This document shows positions 1 to 12,845 of a stretch of DNA of 64,000 nt, in pieces. The translations under genes and the position numbers were made by a program. Under the pieces are notes generated by a model that was not told where the DNA came from, made no database searches, and worked only from the letters and a program-made list of their open reading frames with translations. Position 1 is the stretch's first letter, and each line of letters opens with the position of its first letter. The stretch lies in contig BFEA01000008.1 of assembly GCA_003427395.1 (NCBI GenBank), positions 1,655,681-1,719,680 of the forward strand, given 5' to 3'. This stretch comes from Chara braunii (lineage: Eukaryota; Plantae; Charophyceae).

Positions 1-2655
1 CCTCCACCGGTGTTAGTGCTGCTGATAAGAGCAGACACCACTAACACCAGGAGGGGGCTCCATCTATTGGTGGGGAGCGTCACCTGCTGCAAAACGTGTC
101 CAGCGTCCCATATACAGAAAATGAGAATGTCTGAGAATCCTGAGAACTGTGACAGTGAGGTCCGCCAATATTGATTGCCCTGCAACCCAGGGGGTTGACT
201 GATCAGTCCTAAATAGTATCCTCTTCAGCCTCATAAAAGGGCGCCAGATAAACCAGTTAGGGCCTGGAACTATTTAGCTTTGGTTCTACTCACTCCTAAA
301 TTCCTAATCATGCTCTTTTTTTTTTTTTTTCGAGTCTGAGACCTGAAGAAAAAATGCCAGCATTGAGTATCCCAGGCGAACCCGTATACAGTCCCTTCTA
401 AACCACCCCTAGTGCCCTGCTGAGTCCATTCCATACCACTTCATATCTACAAGACAATTGGACTGCAGCATTGAGTATCCCAGGCTAACCGTATACAGTC
501 CCTTCTAAACCCACCCCTAGTGCCCTGCTGAGTCCATTCCATACCACTTCATATCTACAAGACAATTGGAGAGGGGGGGAAAGAAGTCTGGGAATTGTTC
601 CGGAGGTTTCAGTGCGGTCGAAGCGTCCACTTTGGTCAAAGAAACCTAGTAACCAACCGCTTGATTTCTGCGAGCACCGGGCCCGAAAATTCCCTCACTT
701 GTGCCACGAACCACAACAGCTAGAGGAGGGCCGAGTTTATGACCAGCGCCCGGCCAAACAGCGACAGATGCCAGGCAAAGCCCCACACCCTCAGTTTTGT
801 CGCGATGCGCTGTTGGATGACCGCCCCTTGGGCCCCAGACATCAGTTCCAAACTAATCAGCACTCCCAAAAAACGCTCCCCCTCTGCCGATATGACTCTG
901 TGCATTCCCCATTCCACCACCAGGGAGAAGTCCTCAGGGAGGATGAATGCCGGCTTATTCCAGTTTACCTGTGCCTCTGATAGGAGTGAGTACTCCTGCA
1001 ATACCGCCTTGATTGCCTCCAGCGAGGCCACTGAATTCTCCGAAATCAGGAAAAGGTTGTCTGGAAGGGCTTTAGCCCTGCACTCCCTGCCATTCACCAA
1101 GGGGAGGCCTTTGATAAACTGATGTTTCCAAATGCAATTCAACGGGACATCTAGCTGCAGCACAAACAGGAGGGGTGTCAACGGGCAACCTTGCCGTAAT
1201 GAGCGTGTCAGTTGACAGGACCTTGAGAGATGACCATTAACCTGAACCGCGAACAAGGCTGCCATAAACATTGCTATCACCCATCTGCAAAAGCCATCAC
1301 CAAATCCCATCCTTCTCAACGTTGTTAGGACAAATGACGAACCCACCCTATCGTATGCCTTCTCTAGATCAAGCATTAACACCGCCATATCTGTGTTCTC
1401 CCCCTTCAATACTTCCACTAATTCAATTGCCATGAGGATGTTAAGAAAAATCGACCTTGTACAAATGCCCCTTGGTCCCGCTCTACCAGTCTGGGTAGGA
1501 TCCTCCCTAGTCTTAGCTCCATCGTTTTTGCCAGGATTTTTTAGTCCACGTTCAACAGGGAGATCGGGCGATAGTTCCTCACAATCGCCTTATCTCCCTT
1601 TTTGAACATTAAAGCAATGACCCCATGTGTCATCACCGCGCCGAGACTTTCTCCCACCAATACCCTATTATACACCTCCACTAATGGCGGGCCCAACGTG
1701 TCCCAACAACAACGGGAAAACTCCACCGTCAGTCCATTCCTCTCGGGTGCCTTGCCTGCTGCCATCACTTTCAGTGTCTGTGCCAATTCCTCCAATGTGA
1801 CCGGCCTATTTAAACTCAATCTTTCCTGAGGTGTCAAGATCACTTCTGTCTGCTGCCACATGTCACTGTCTTGTGAGAGGTCCGTCAGAGGGGAGTTCAC
1901 TATTCTTTTTGCCGTCAAGATATCAGCGTAATAAAGTTGAGCATACTCCAACATCTCCGCAGGTTCGGCGGCCGGTGCTGCCCCTGGGTCAAAGGGGTGG
2001 TTGAGTTGTACCACCTGCTGATGGGCTGCACTAGGCAGCAGGCAACGGAAGGTCTCCTTTGTTTACTTGCCGTGTACCACAATCCCTTTAATCTTCAGCG
2101 TCTCCTTCCACCACCCGTGTTTTGCTGCCTGTAGCTTATCACATTCCCCCAGCCTCTTTGCTCTCTCCACCGCCCACGTCTGTTTCGAGATGGGGTGTTG
2201 TTCCATCTTTCTCTCTGCTTCTTCAACTAACATCCTGCACTGTTCCTCCTCCATGTTCCTGTCTCTGGCTACGATGCGGGAGCACACACTCATCATTCCT
2301 GAAATTGTAGTTAGCCCACCGTCCAGCTAGTCCGTTGTGGACGGGAACAAGTCCTTCGCTGATTCTCAAGCCTCCATATGGTCCTGCACCCAATCCTTCA
2401 AACCTGGGTCCTTCAAATTATGTGAATTCAATCAGAAGAATCCTTTCTCCCTCTCCCCCAAGGCCTCTGTCACTAAATCAGCAATGACCGGTTTGTGGTC
2501 AGAAAGCGGGTGACCCCGCTGTTTAACTGCCATAACTTGTTGCTGCAGCGATCCTGAAACCAGAAAATAATCAAGCCGGCGCCTTGTCCCCTCCCTCCTA
2601 TCTCTCCTGGGTTTGAATACCAGGTGTAGCCAGCCTCGTCTGGGTTCAGCAACCG
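1..2655 (-). mobile_element. 5'-truncated, internally deleted L1/Tx1-type LINE (end of APE endonuclease, RT, C-terminal tail, structured 3' UTR)
   Basis: Minus-strand frames give LLNPDEAGYTWY and SDH (endonuclease end), NYRPISLLNVD, LDLEKAYDRV, LRQGCPLTP and a degenerate ADD motif (LPDN), with stops and frameshifts. The 3' module lies at 57-109. Confidence 0.9.
358..570. repeat. Tandem duplication, 2 x ~105 bp, spanning the LINE stop codon and 3' UTR
   Basis: cagcattgagtatcccagg...ctacaagacaattgga at 358-461 and 466-570. Confidence 0.9.
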
Positions 2656-4850
2656 CGGACGACTGATTGTCGATGTTCGAAGGAGCGATGCATGAACGCG
2701 ACGAGCGTGGGCTTCACCACCAACTTTGCAACGTAAAAAGCTTTGTCGTGGCTGCGCAGATCGTGTTCCACCATGCACCAACCACATGCTGGCCGCCAAC
2801 AAAAGCCTGAAGCAGTCAGCAACCCGTGAGAGACGGTCGTGTGAGATGAAGCCGCCGTCGATATTCGCACCCATCTCAACCGCGGCGCGGAATGCATGCG
2901 CGGTGCATATGATGGTGGACTCCTGGTACGCCGCCATGTCGTCGTCCTCAAGCCTGTCCTCGATGTTCGCACCAGCGAACCACAGTGGCAAGTTTATGGA
3001 CAGGTCTATTGTGTGCGTGCAAACGGCCGCACTGACGACGTTACTCCACTCCTCGCTGTACCACATAGCACGCGCAATGTCCGTTGCCACGGTGTCCAGC
3101 GCGTACTGGAAAACCAAATTGTAACCACTGGGGCGGTTCCCGGACTTGAAAACCTAGCCGTGCAAGACGCGTAGAGCAATATTCTCCATTATCGCCGCAT
3201 GGGAGATCACTTCTTGCAGTTGTGCGGGATCGACAATCCTTGTTAGCTTCGTGCAGGATTTTGGCATGACGACGCTCCGAGGGACGGCAGGCGCTTGAAG
3301 ACCGTTGACGATGGCGACAAAATACTCTCGCGTTTCGTGGACGATGTTATACAGTCTTCGCCCCTCCCCCTTCGTCCAGAAAGCTTTGTCATCAACCCAC
3401 AGTCGGGCACGGTCGATCAGATATTTTGTCATGCCTCCCCTTTGTAGCCGGCTTAAGAGGGGGTCGTCATCCTCCATATCACCGTCGTTCTCGCCATGCG
3501 CCACCTCCCGCTCGACTTCTGGAAGCTCCTTTTTGGCCCTCGACACGGGTGCCACATTGCGTGAAGTTCCCGCACCCACAACAGCGACCGCCTCACCCCC
3601 AACTGCGCACGCGTCTGCCAAGACTTCCCCCCCCCGCCCTGTTTAATGGAGCCTCCCTCATCAGTCGTGTTTTGCGGACGCGGATGAGACGACGTGGCAG
3701 GCAGTCCACCCTGAGGTGGCCCTTCGCCAGTCGCACCGCGTGCCCTGACTGTCGTCACTGTTGTGGCTTGTGTGACATTGCGCTGTCGACGTCATTCCAA
3801 CTGCTCGTTATCATCACCGCCGACGTTGACGACGGCCTCCTTCTTCGAGCGCGTTTCGCGGGCACGCACGTGCTACGCCTCCGGTGGAGGCGTCGACAAT
3901 CTCCTCGCAACGCTGTGATCTGAAGAACGCTGGCAACCACTCTCCCAAACTGCGGACACGGTCTCCTCTAGCGCTTCTTCCTCCGTCGTGAAGACGTCCT
4001 CGTCGTTACCCTCGTCCGCTGTCGCTCAATGTTGCGGTCGACGAGCAGGCACACTTCCTGAAGCATCGTCCGAATGAAGCGTCTTCGCTTTGGGGACATG
4101 CCGCCGACCCCTTTCCCTCCCTTGAATGTCCGTAGGGACGATATCTCACTTCTTACCAGGGGCACCGGCTCACGTAGACATGCTTTGTGCTTCCCTCTCC
4201 AAGCGAGTTTGGCGGGAGGAGGTGGTGAGCGGGAATAGAGGGTCGACCGCCGGTGGGAGTTCCACCGATCTGGCGAGAACAGCGTCCCACGTACGGATTG
4301 CACGTGGCGACGACTGCGTTTGCGACGACGAAGAAGAAGTGTCCTTGGCGCACATATGAGCACGAAGTGCACGTGTACTGGAGGAGGACAACGACCCCGG
4401 TGAGACTTCTCCATGATGAGAAGAAGAGAAGAGCGGCGGCGTTGAACCTCCACGCGGCGAGACAGATCCACGGTGATAAGGAGAGAGTGTTCCGCCGTGG
4501 ATTAGCCCAAAGTCCTCACTCATCGAACATTGACGTGTCCACGGAGCACCGCGGCGCCAACGCAAGAGAGTGACAGCGCCGAATCTCCACGTGACGAGAA
4601 GGTGAGAAGAGCTACGGCGGTGATCCTCGACAACACTGAAGAAGTCCCCGGCGAGGAGGCGAGAGATGTCCGCATCGAGCAGGCGATAGAGGTCCGCGGC
4701 GAGGAGGTCAAAAGCTGGAGGGCGTCCCGCGTGGTTATGCTCGCTCTGAAGCACTTCTGTGGTGGAGACACCACAAGCGGACGACTCTTATGCGGGACGG
4801 GACGGGACGCAAATGCCTGAATGAGATGGAGCAGGTGGACGGGCCTCAAC
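2656..4850 (-). pseudogene. Fragmented GC-rich coding region of unknown function, cut at its 3' end by the LINE
   Basis: Consecutive protein-like minus-strand ORFs (3154-3621, 2656-3117) broken by stops and frameshifts. No recognisable catalytic motif. Confidence 0.55.
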
Positions 4851-5594
4851 TTCGCTTCTTCTCATGCGTCAATCAGCACGTTGACAGTGACACCTTCGAC
4901 TGTAGCATTCCAGACCGCGTATGCACACCCAATCTTCTTTTGTTGTCACTGCCACCCTCGCCAAGCCACCAACAGACCCTTCCATGCCCCTGCCAACGCG
5001 CGTCGATGCACTCGCTAGGGAACCAAAAAAAAAAAAAAAAAAAAAAAAANNNNNNNNNNNNNNNNNNNNNNNNNNNNNNNNNNNNNNNNNNNNNNNNNNN
5101 NNNNNNNNNNNNNNNNNNNNNNNNNNNNNNNNNNNNNNNNNNNNNNNNNNNNNNNNNNNNNNNNNNNNNNNNNNNNNNNNNNNNNNNNNNNNNNNNNNNN
5201 NNNNNNNNNNNNNNNNNNNNNNNNNNNNNNNNNNNNNNNNNNNNNNNNNNNNNNNNNNNNNNNNNNNNNNNNNNNNNNNNNNNNNNNNNNNNNNNNNNNN
5301 NNNNNNNNNNNNNNNNNNNNNNNNNNNNNNNNNNNNNNNNNNNNNNNNNNNNNNNNNNNNNNNNNNNNNNNNNNNNNNNNNNNNNNNNNNNNNNNNNNNN
5401 NNNNNNNNNNNNNNNNNNNNNNNNNNNNNNNNNNNNNNNNNNNNNNNNNNNNNNNNNNNNNNNNNNNNNNNNNNNNNNNNNNNNNNNNNNNNNNNNNNNN
5501 NNNNNNNNNNNNNNNNNNNNNNNNNNNNNNNNNNNNNNNNNNNNNNNNNNNNNNNNNNNNNNNNNNNNNNNNNNNNNNNNNNNNNNNNNNNNNN

Positions 5595-5649
<55 letters not shown>

Positions 5650-5717
5650 GTCGACATCGTCGTAGTCACAGTACACAGAGAGACAGGACAATAAAGCGAC
5701 ACTAAACAACAAAGTCG

Positions 5718-7400
5718 TCATGATCTCTCGCGGATGGCTTTCGCTATCTCCATAAGGGCGTTACACATCATTCTATTCGCCTTATCCGCCGTAGCATAAT
5801 GTTTCCTCCGCACTTCCACTTCACTCTCAAGGATTTCGCATTGCCATAACATCATAGAGCATTGGCGCTTGCTCGCGCTGTCCATCGTGCTCGCCATGAG
5901 CGCACCATGCTTGTCCATGACCTCGACGATGGCCTCAAAGGTTTGTTGCCGCATGTTCTTCCTTTTCCCGGAACCATCGGCGCTCCCCGCGCTGAATGCC
6001 GAATCTTTCATCGACCCCTGCTCCTCGTCGACGGGCTCCCCTCCACCCTCACTGCCCATGGATTCCCTTCCAGCCCCTCGCCTGCCGGCATCTGAACCCC
6101 CCCCGGCACCCCCGTGTCCGCCGAATTCTTCGGGTGGATCGTGTGATCCCCCTTCGTCATGGCCTCATCTCCTCGTACACGCTCCGGTCCATGACGAAGT
6201 TGACGCCCTAGTCCCTCCCACCGGAGAGGTGCTGAAACTTGGGAACCTTCTTGAATTGTTGAATAAAGTTATCTCATTTCTTCCTGCAGTCGGCGACTTT
6301 CCTCGTGACGTCCATCTTCTGCAACATGGACCGCCTGTCCTCCCAGTTCCATTCCCTGGTCTCTATGCGGCTGAAATTGTGCCCCATGCCTGCGAAATAC
6401 AGATCTTGATCCCTTTTCGCCCTCACGAGTGATCGTGTCTCCGACGGACCAGAAATTTCGAGCGGCCTCGCCATCGCTCCCGCCTGTGTCGTCGTCAATT
6501 TTCTTGTTCCTCCAATTTCTCAGAATGGAACCCTTCTTCGCACTCGCACCACCATTCCTTACCTTCCTCCCAAGCGGCCTAATCTCAGGCAAATCGTCTG
6601 AGTTGCAATCGTCGTCAATGTCAACGTCGTCAAAGTCGAGGGGCTCCTGAGCAGCCGCATCGTTGCCTTCGTCGACGCGGAGCCCTTGCACCCCTCTCGT
6701 TATTGTGTCTGTTCCAGCTTGACGCAAGGCCTGCATGCACTCTGCCCACATCTGCCTGCCGTCACGTTCCACGTGCGCACCTGCCGTGGACCCGTCCTCC
6801 TGTCGTTGCCGTCCATGCAGAGTCCCGGATCCGTTTCGCGTCGCAAGTGATAAGCGCATCCATTCCGGACGTTGATCCTCGCCAACCCCTCCTCGGCCAT
6901 GCCTCGAGGACACATTTTGATTCTCGCCGCCCTCACGAAGTGATTGAGGTAGACCGCCTTCTCGTGCCCCGCACGGACCAACCATCGTCTGCTCTGCGCA
7001 ATCCCCATCTGGGTGGGGATTGACGATGCGAGTATGTGTCGTATGTGTCGCAGCTGCTTCGCTGCTGCTCGACAACCGGAAGCTAAGATCGACCACTACA
7101 TTGCCATCGTCGTCGCACAGCCCCTCGTTCAACAGTGAAGTGTAAGACAACGGGGTCTTTGCCCGCCTGCCACCGTAGGACTGAGTCGCCGCCCAATCCT
7201 GCGTGGAACCACTTCCCAACGGCACAATCGATGACCTGACGTCTTCCCTTCGTCATTCGACGGCAGCAGAGGAATCTCATGCAAAGAGAGGTGATCATAC
7301 AACGTCGGATCGTACGCTTGCTTAGCCACAGACCCCGCAGTGCATTGTCGATTGCTCGTGGCGGTTGTCGTGTCTGTCGGTCTGCCGTTGGTCAGTCGTC
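5718..7400 (-). pseudogene. Myb/SANT-like trihelix DNA-binding protein (Harbinger ORF1/trihelix type), frameshifted
   Basis: RNFWSVGDTI..LVRAKRDQD..REWNWED..LQKMDVTRKVADCRKK*DNFIQQFKKV has trihelix tryptophan spacing. A C-terminal coiled-coil-like segment is at 5718-6059. Confidence 0.75.
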
Positions 7401-7959
7401 GATCCATCCAGTCGCCGTTTTTGGAAGATCTCCTTTTGCGAGCCGCGACAGGGAGCAGGCCAACGAAACACACGAGAAGCAGCACGACGAAGAGGAGTAG
7501 CAGAGGCAGCCTGTGCAGCTGGTCGGCCATGTAAGGGTCGTGGAAAGGGCAGCAGCTCCACGTCAGTGGTCGACCGTCAAGCGAAGAACTCCTTTGACAG
7601 AAGAAAAAGCGAGGGAAGATCCGTGCTTCGACGTGCAAGGCGTGACGGCAATCGACAAAAATGATGATCTTCCAAAATCCACCTGTCGTCGTCGAGCATA
7701 GCGCCGGCGCGGAAAAACATTCGAATTTCCGACCGTTGTCGACGATCTTCCAGCGCGGCAGAACGCATGACACCGGCCGGCAACGGCCGGTTCGTCGGAC
7801 GGAGGCCTCCTGCGAACGGTGACCGTTTGGAGCCGTTGGGATGCCGTCAAGACGGTGGAGGGCAGGGATGTCTGTGCTCCCGTTCGGTGGACCACGTCTG
7901 GACCACCCTCAACCGAAACTGTGCGTCGGCGCATGCCTTCGCCGCTCACTTTTTTGTGC

Positions 7960-8274
7960 TTCCTTGTGTTCCGAGGGACCTCGGGAGGTCCCTTGGAGAT
8001 TACGAAAAATTGGCTGCAGCCACAAGGACGCTACAAGGAAATTTCCTTGTGCTGTTTTCACATTTTTTTTCGCGAATCGTCCCCAAGGACAGGTGAAACG
8101 AGCACTTCCTTTTGGATTTCGGGTCCACAAGGAGTGTCTAACGAGACCCATTCTCCTATATTTCGGTACCATTAGATTCGCAATACATCAACGGCAGAGC
8201 TCCATCCCACCATGCCACACGTAATAGAAAGCTTAGTGTTGAGAAAACGCAACTTGGGTGGTGGGACTTCATCC
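7960..8274. mobile_element. Right end of a PIF/Harbinger-type element (TIR ...gtgggacttcatcc followed by CTG)
   Basis: 8150-8274 is near-identical to the right end of the TIR element at 11114-11238. 7970-8150 is similar to 15430-15625. Confidence 0.7.
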
Positions 8275-8389
8275 CTGGGGCGAGGTCTCATTGGCAGTCG
8301 GATAGGAGTGTGGCCGATCCAGTGCGACACTGAGTGGCAGCGGCCAGACAGGTTCATTATGAATTTATGGGCTGTCGCTGGTCGGTGTT

Positions 8390-9860
8390 GGGGCTTGGTT
8401 GCGCTGCCCTGTAACCCGAGCGGTACGGGAACAAGAGACCTGGTAGAGAGATTTGGGGAGTTGTCGAGGGTGGAAGGTACTCTAGTGTCTATTGGCGAAC
8501 TGATACTTAGTCGACGCTGGCCGGAGCTGGGGCGGGTCGCTTTGCCTTGTAACCTAGCAGGTGGGGGGATTTCTGGGGTGGGTCATGCCAATCTGTAACC
8601 TAGCAGTTGGGGGTGGGAGACCTGGTAGAGATTGGGTATCGGGGTATAGGAGAGGGGCGGATAGGGTTGAGCTGCTGATAGTTGCTAACGGTAGGTGGCT
8701 TTCGGTCCGAATATTTCCGTGATCAAATCTTTCAAAAAAAAACCGTGGTCTTACGAATGTTTTGTGATTCTGAGGACCTCTAGCAACTCATTTTAGGAGG
8801 CTTCATTACTGTTATACTCGGTGGTCTGCGGTTGTCCGATGCTAGAACGACGCTGGCCCGTACTGGGGTGTTGCCCTGTAACCTGCTGATGCAGGAGTGT
8901 GAGGCCTGGTTGAGAGATCTGGGAATGCTTTGGGGTGGGCATTTCAAGGGACAACTAAGGGTTACTGTTGGAACGACGCTGGTCGGAGCTGGGGTGAGTC
9001 GTGTTGCCCTGTAACCCGAGCGGGTGGGGGTGTGAGACCTGGAAGAGCTTGGCAGGGAGTAAGACAGCATTGGAGATTTTTAGAAGGATTTGCTAGGGAT
9101 TCCGAGGGTTTTGAGCATTTATAGGACCTTAGTGAGGACAAAGCCGGGTTGAAGTCCCGATATCTCAAAAAAAAATTATGTATGTGCTCTCAAAAAAGAG
9201 AATGCTATAGGATTCTGGGGACTTCTAGCAACTCGCTTTAGGCTGTTTGATACTAGTACATTCATGGATCTGTGGTTGTTCGATGCCAGAACTATGCTGA
9301 CCGGTGCAGGGGTGTTGCCCAGTAACCTGCTGACTGCAGGAGCGTGAGGCCTGGTAGAGAGATCTGGGGATGCTTTGGGGCGGGTATTCCACGGGAGAAC
9401 CAAGGGTTGCTGTTGGGACGATGCTGGCCAGAGCTGGGGTGAGTCATGTTGCTCTGTAACCTAGCCGAGTGGGAGTGTGAGGCCTGGGAGAGTCCGGCAG
9501 GGAGTAAGACAGTGTTGGACAGTTTTAGAGAGTTCTCTTTGGGAGTCTAGGGGTTCCGAACATTGAAAAGAGGTCAGTAGTCATTCATAGTTTTTCAACC
9601 TCTTTTTAATTCTCTTGAATTTCTTCAATAGTTCTCAACAGTTCTCAGATTGATTCTCAGCCGAAGCCGGGTAATGGCCCCGGTATCTTAAATGACTTGT
9701 GTAATCCTATATGGGACTATGGGCCCGGCTCCCAGCACGTGCTGCTCCCCACGAATAGACTGGAGCATTTGTCCCAAAAAAAAAAGAAAAAGAAAAAGGA
9801 AAAAAAAAAAAAACGAGTTTCTGGGCTGAGGAAACAGGAGAAAGGCAAAAAAAAAAAAAG
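8390..9860 (+). mobile_element. Non-coding retroposed element (SINE-like or long LINE 3' UTR) ending in the pseudoknot module and an A-rich tail
   Basis: Repeated gttgccctgtaacc units, a ~440-bp internal duplication (~8760-9170 vs ~9205-9690), the module at 9713-9766 and A-rich tail from 9776. Confidence 0.65.
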
Positions 9861-9904
9861 AAACAGAGACCTCCCACCCGAAATCACGGCGGAGTGCTTC
9901 CCAG

Positions 9905-10587
9905 GGGCCTGGACCCACTAGCAAGGTATTCTACCACGCCGTTCAGGATTTCGATCACGTGTGGCATCGAGTGACTCAGTACGGCCGTCGAATAGATCGG
10001 ATCTCGACGGCCTGGTAGTTTCCGAGCAGGGACTGTAAAGATGCCCCCCTCCCGTCCAATGAGATGCGTCGAAAAAAAAAAAACAACGAAGTTGGACTAA
10101 CTTGGACATGATAGCTCGTGGCTTTGCGAGGGCGGGAAGTCTGGATTTTATGGGCTCTAAAGGGGGGGGGTTGATTTCCAGACTTCGTTTTCTTTTTTTT
10201 TCGGCTCTGAGAAATAGAACTTGAAATGTGAAATTCGAATATTGTGGTGCATCTGACAGGAACGCTTCCGCGGATGGCCTGCTAAAGGCATCATGAGATA
10301 CATCGCGAGGAATGTATCGCAATACCCGTTACTTTTTCATCCTCGTGAATGTGTCCGTGGACACATTGTATTGCCACGGTACATCACTATGAAGACTTAC
10401 GTGAAGGAGATCGCACCAACCCATCAATTCGGGTTCACAGCTGTTCTTCATAGTTTTATGTGCTATTTCAATTCATTTTAAATCAGAAAACAATCCATTC
10501 ATTCGAATAAAAAATCACTTTGTATTTTCCAAAAACCATAAAACTGTGTCACACGTCGTAGAATACTTCGCTAGTGGGTCCAGGCCC
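9905..10587. mobile_element. Tourist/Harbinger-like MITE
   Basis: ~30-bp TIR gggcctggacccactagcaaggtattctac / gtagaatacttcgctagtgggtccaggccc, with CAG duplicated at 9902-9904 and 10588-10590. Confidence 0.85.
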
Positions 10588-10590
10588 CAG

Positions 10591-11238
10591 GGGTGAAGTC
10601 CCACCGCCCAAGTTTAGTTTAGAAAACGCAACCGTGTGACACCATTTTGACATTAATAAATTCGAAACAAAAAATTAAAAAACTGAAAAAAAACGCTAGA
10701 AACAGCTTTTCTCCTTATGTTTGATGAAGTTACTCAGAGAAATAAAACACGTCTGGCACAGTCGGAGTGAATGTCTCCGTTGAAAAAGGGTACTTCCCGT
10801 GGTGAGGGGACAGGAGGTCATCATTCGTGAAATGGACAGGGGCAACATGGATGGCCAGATGTGTTCATTGCCCAAAGAAGGAAGAGAGTTTGATGCGAGA
10901 GAGCCAAACACAGCTGTCAGAGTTCCTCCGTTTCAGGGTGTAATGATATCTTTAAAAAAAAACAAACGAAAGGCAAATAAGTTGAGAAATGTACCCTACC
11001 GAGTTTTCTCAATGGAAAATGGCTTCCCGCCCAAACCAAAAGGGCCAACACATACTACAAAATGGATTTAACTTCAAAGAAAAATTCTACAAAATGACCA
11101 AATCTAATAGGTTATTCTCCTGTATTTCGGTACCCTTAGATTCTCAATACATCAACGGCAGAGCTCCGTCCCACCATGCCACACGTGATAGAAAGCTCAG
11201 CGTTGAGAAAACTCAACTTCGGCGGTGGGACTTCACCC
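10591..11238. mobile_element. Tourist/Harbinger-like MITE abutting the previous one
   Basis: TIR gggtgaagtcccaccgcc / ggcggtgggacttcaccc, flanks CAG and GAG. Confidence 0.8.
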
Positions 11239-11690
11239 GAGCGGTGGTGGTTGCAACAACCGTGAACAAAGTAACCGCCACATTTTCTGGAATAAACTTT
11301 GGAATAAACTTGACTTCTGTCAGGCTGAGCACTGATCCTGACACCCTCCATATACTCCGTGATTGAAGGAGGGCTCCACCCAATGAGATAATTGCACAAC
11401 AGCAAGTAAAATACCGAAAATCTTCTATCCAGTGGGCCTAAGGCCAACCCCACCCTCCTTTGGGGTTGGCCACACCCCCAACCGATTGAAAAGATTCTGG
11501 GGGGAAGCTTTCTTTGCACAGGCATGCCCATTGTTAAGGAGAGGAGGAGGGGAACGAAGATCTCCTTACTTTTTCGGGTAATACAAGTAAAATACTGACC
11601 GTGGGATCACGAGTACTGCACGGCAGGATTTGGGTCACTCACCTGCCCCATAAACTTGTTTCTATCCTATCTAGTGGGACCTCGCCCCTG

Positions 11691-11795
11691 GGGTCGGGAC
11701 CCACTAGAGACATTTTACAACCGTCACCACTTGCTGGCGTTTTCAATCACGTGCGGCCCTTCGTCACACATATAGTCTGTGGATGGAGATTGATA

Positions 11796-11832
<37 letters not shown>

Positions 11833-12845
11833 NAAAAGCTATATTCTTCTCTCAATTTCACCTCACACTACCTACCTACCACTACTCCTAATTGTAGGCA
11901 TATGGGGAACCCCGTAGCAGCCAGAACCGTGTTCACGAGAGAACATGCGGGGGCTGCTCCAGACCTGCAGGGGGGCGATACCGGCTAGGGGACAGCCGGT
12001 AGCATCAGGAACCATGCCAACAGGACCAGTCCCTGTGCCTCCCCTCAGGTGGTGGTCCCCTCTGCTACGAACATCAGCAGACTATGCTCAATGCCGATTG
12101 GGGGATCCAGTGGTCTATCTCTAGGTGGCGGGCGCCAAGCATGCCCAGGAAAGTCCATGAGGGCAATGGGGAGGAGATTGATATCCACGGCCCGCCTGTT
12201 TGTGAAACCGTGAAGTTTTTTGTGGCCGGGGTGTCAACCAATCTGCGTTCTAGAAAGGCTGGCTTACTTCTTTTTATTTTTTATTATTTGTTAATTCAAA
12301 TTCCACTGTTCATCCGGTGCATTTTTGCCCTTTTTTTTTTTTTTTTAATCCCAACCAATTCAATTACCTGTAATATCTGGAGAGGACGGTCTTTCAGGCC
12401 TTTTTTATTGTCATTATAGTATTACAGGGAACCCTGTCGCAGCCACATCCGTGCTCAAGCCTCCAACAAGGGAACATGCTGGAGCTGCACCCACCAGCAG
12501 GTGCGATACCTGCTACAGCAGGTGGGCGATACCGGCCAGCGGTCAGCCGGTAGCATCAGGACCAAGCTTCTTCGATGGGCCAGTCACTGTGCCTCCCCTT
12601 GCAACGTTTCCTTGTTGCTCCCTCGTTGCTCTCTCGGCCTCCATGAGATCGGCAAAACAGATTCACCTGACCTTCAGAGGACGCAACCCATTGCCTGACC
12701 TAAGAACCCATCCTCAAAAACAGGCGACCAATTCGCTGCCTCTTTGCCCATTGGCTGACAGGAAACGAGAATCCAGAGAGCTTTGCTGTCGTTTTTTTTA
12801 ATGCGAAAACAGCGTTGTACAACGCTGCTTGTGGGTCCCGACCCC
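11691..12845. mobile_element. Harbinger-like non-autonomous element
   Basis: TIR gggtcgggacccac / gtgggtcccgaccc with CTG flanks (one extra C at the right end). Confidence 0.7.

Larger units (their letters stand above)
8278..11687. mobile_element. Non-autonomous PIF/Harbinger-type element with nested insertions
   Basis: TIRs gggcgaggtctcattgg (8278) and ctagtgggacctcgccc (ends 11687), flanked by CTG on both sides. Confidence 0.7.

Noticed and set aside
4790-5721. Long ORFs spanning N runs (also 29.7k, 37.7k, 39.4k, 52.1k, 56.7k)
   Set aside because: Artefacts of assembly gaps and microsatellites
10696-10911. Fourth member of the unknown gene family (NEHI motif)
   Set aside because: Similarity limited to a few residues
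11670-11708. Palindrome ending in CTAG read as a Helitron 3' end or recombinase site
   Set aside because: Better explained as two Harbinger TIRs abutting across a CTG TSD, since each half has a partner TIR elsewhere
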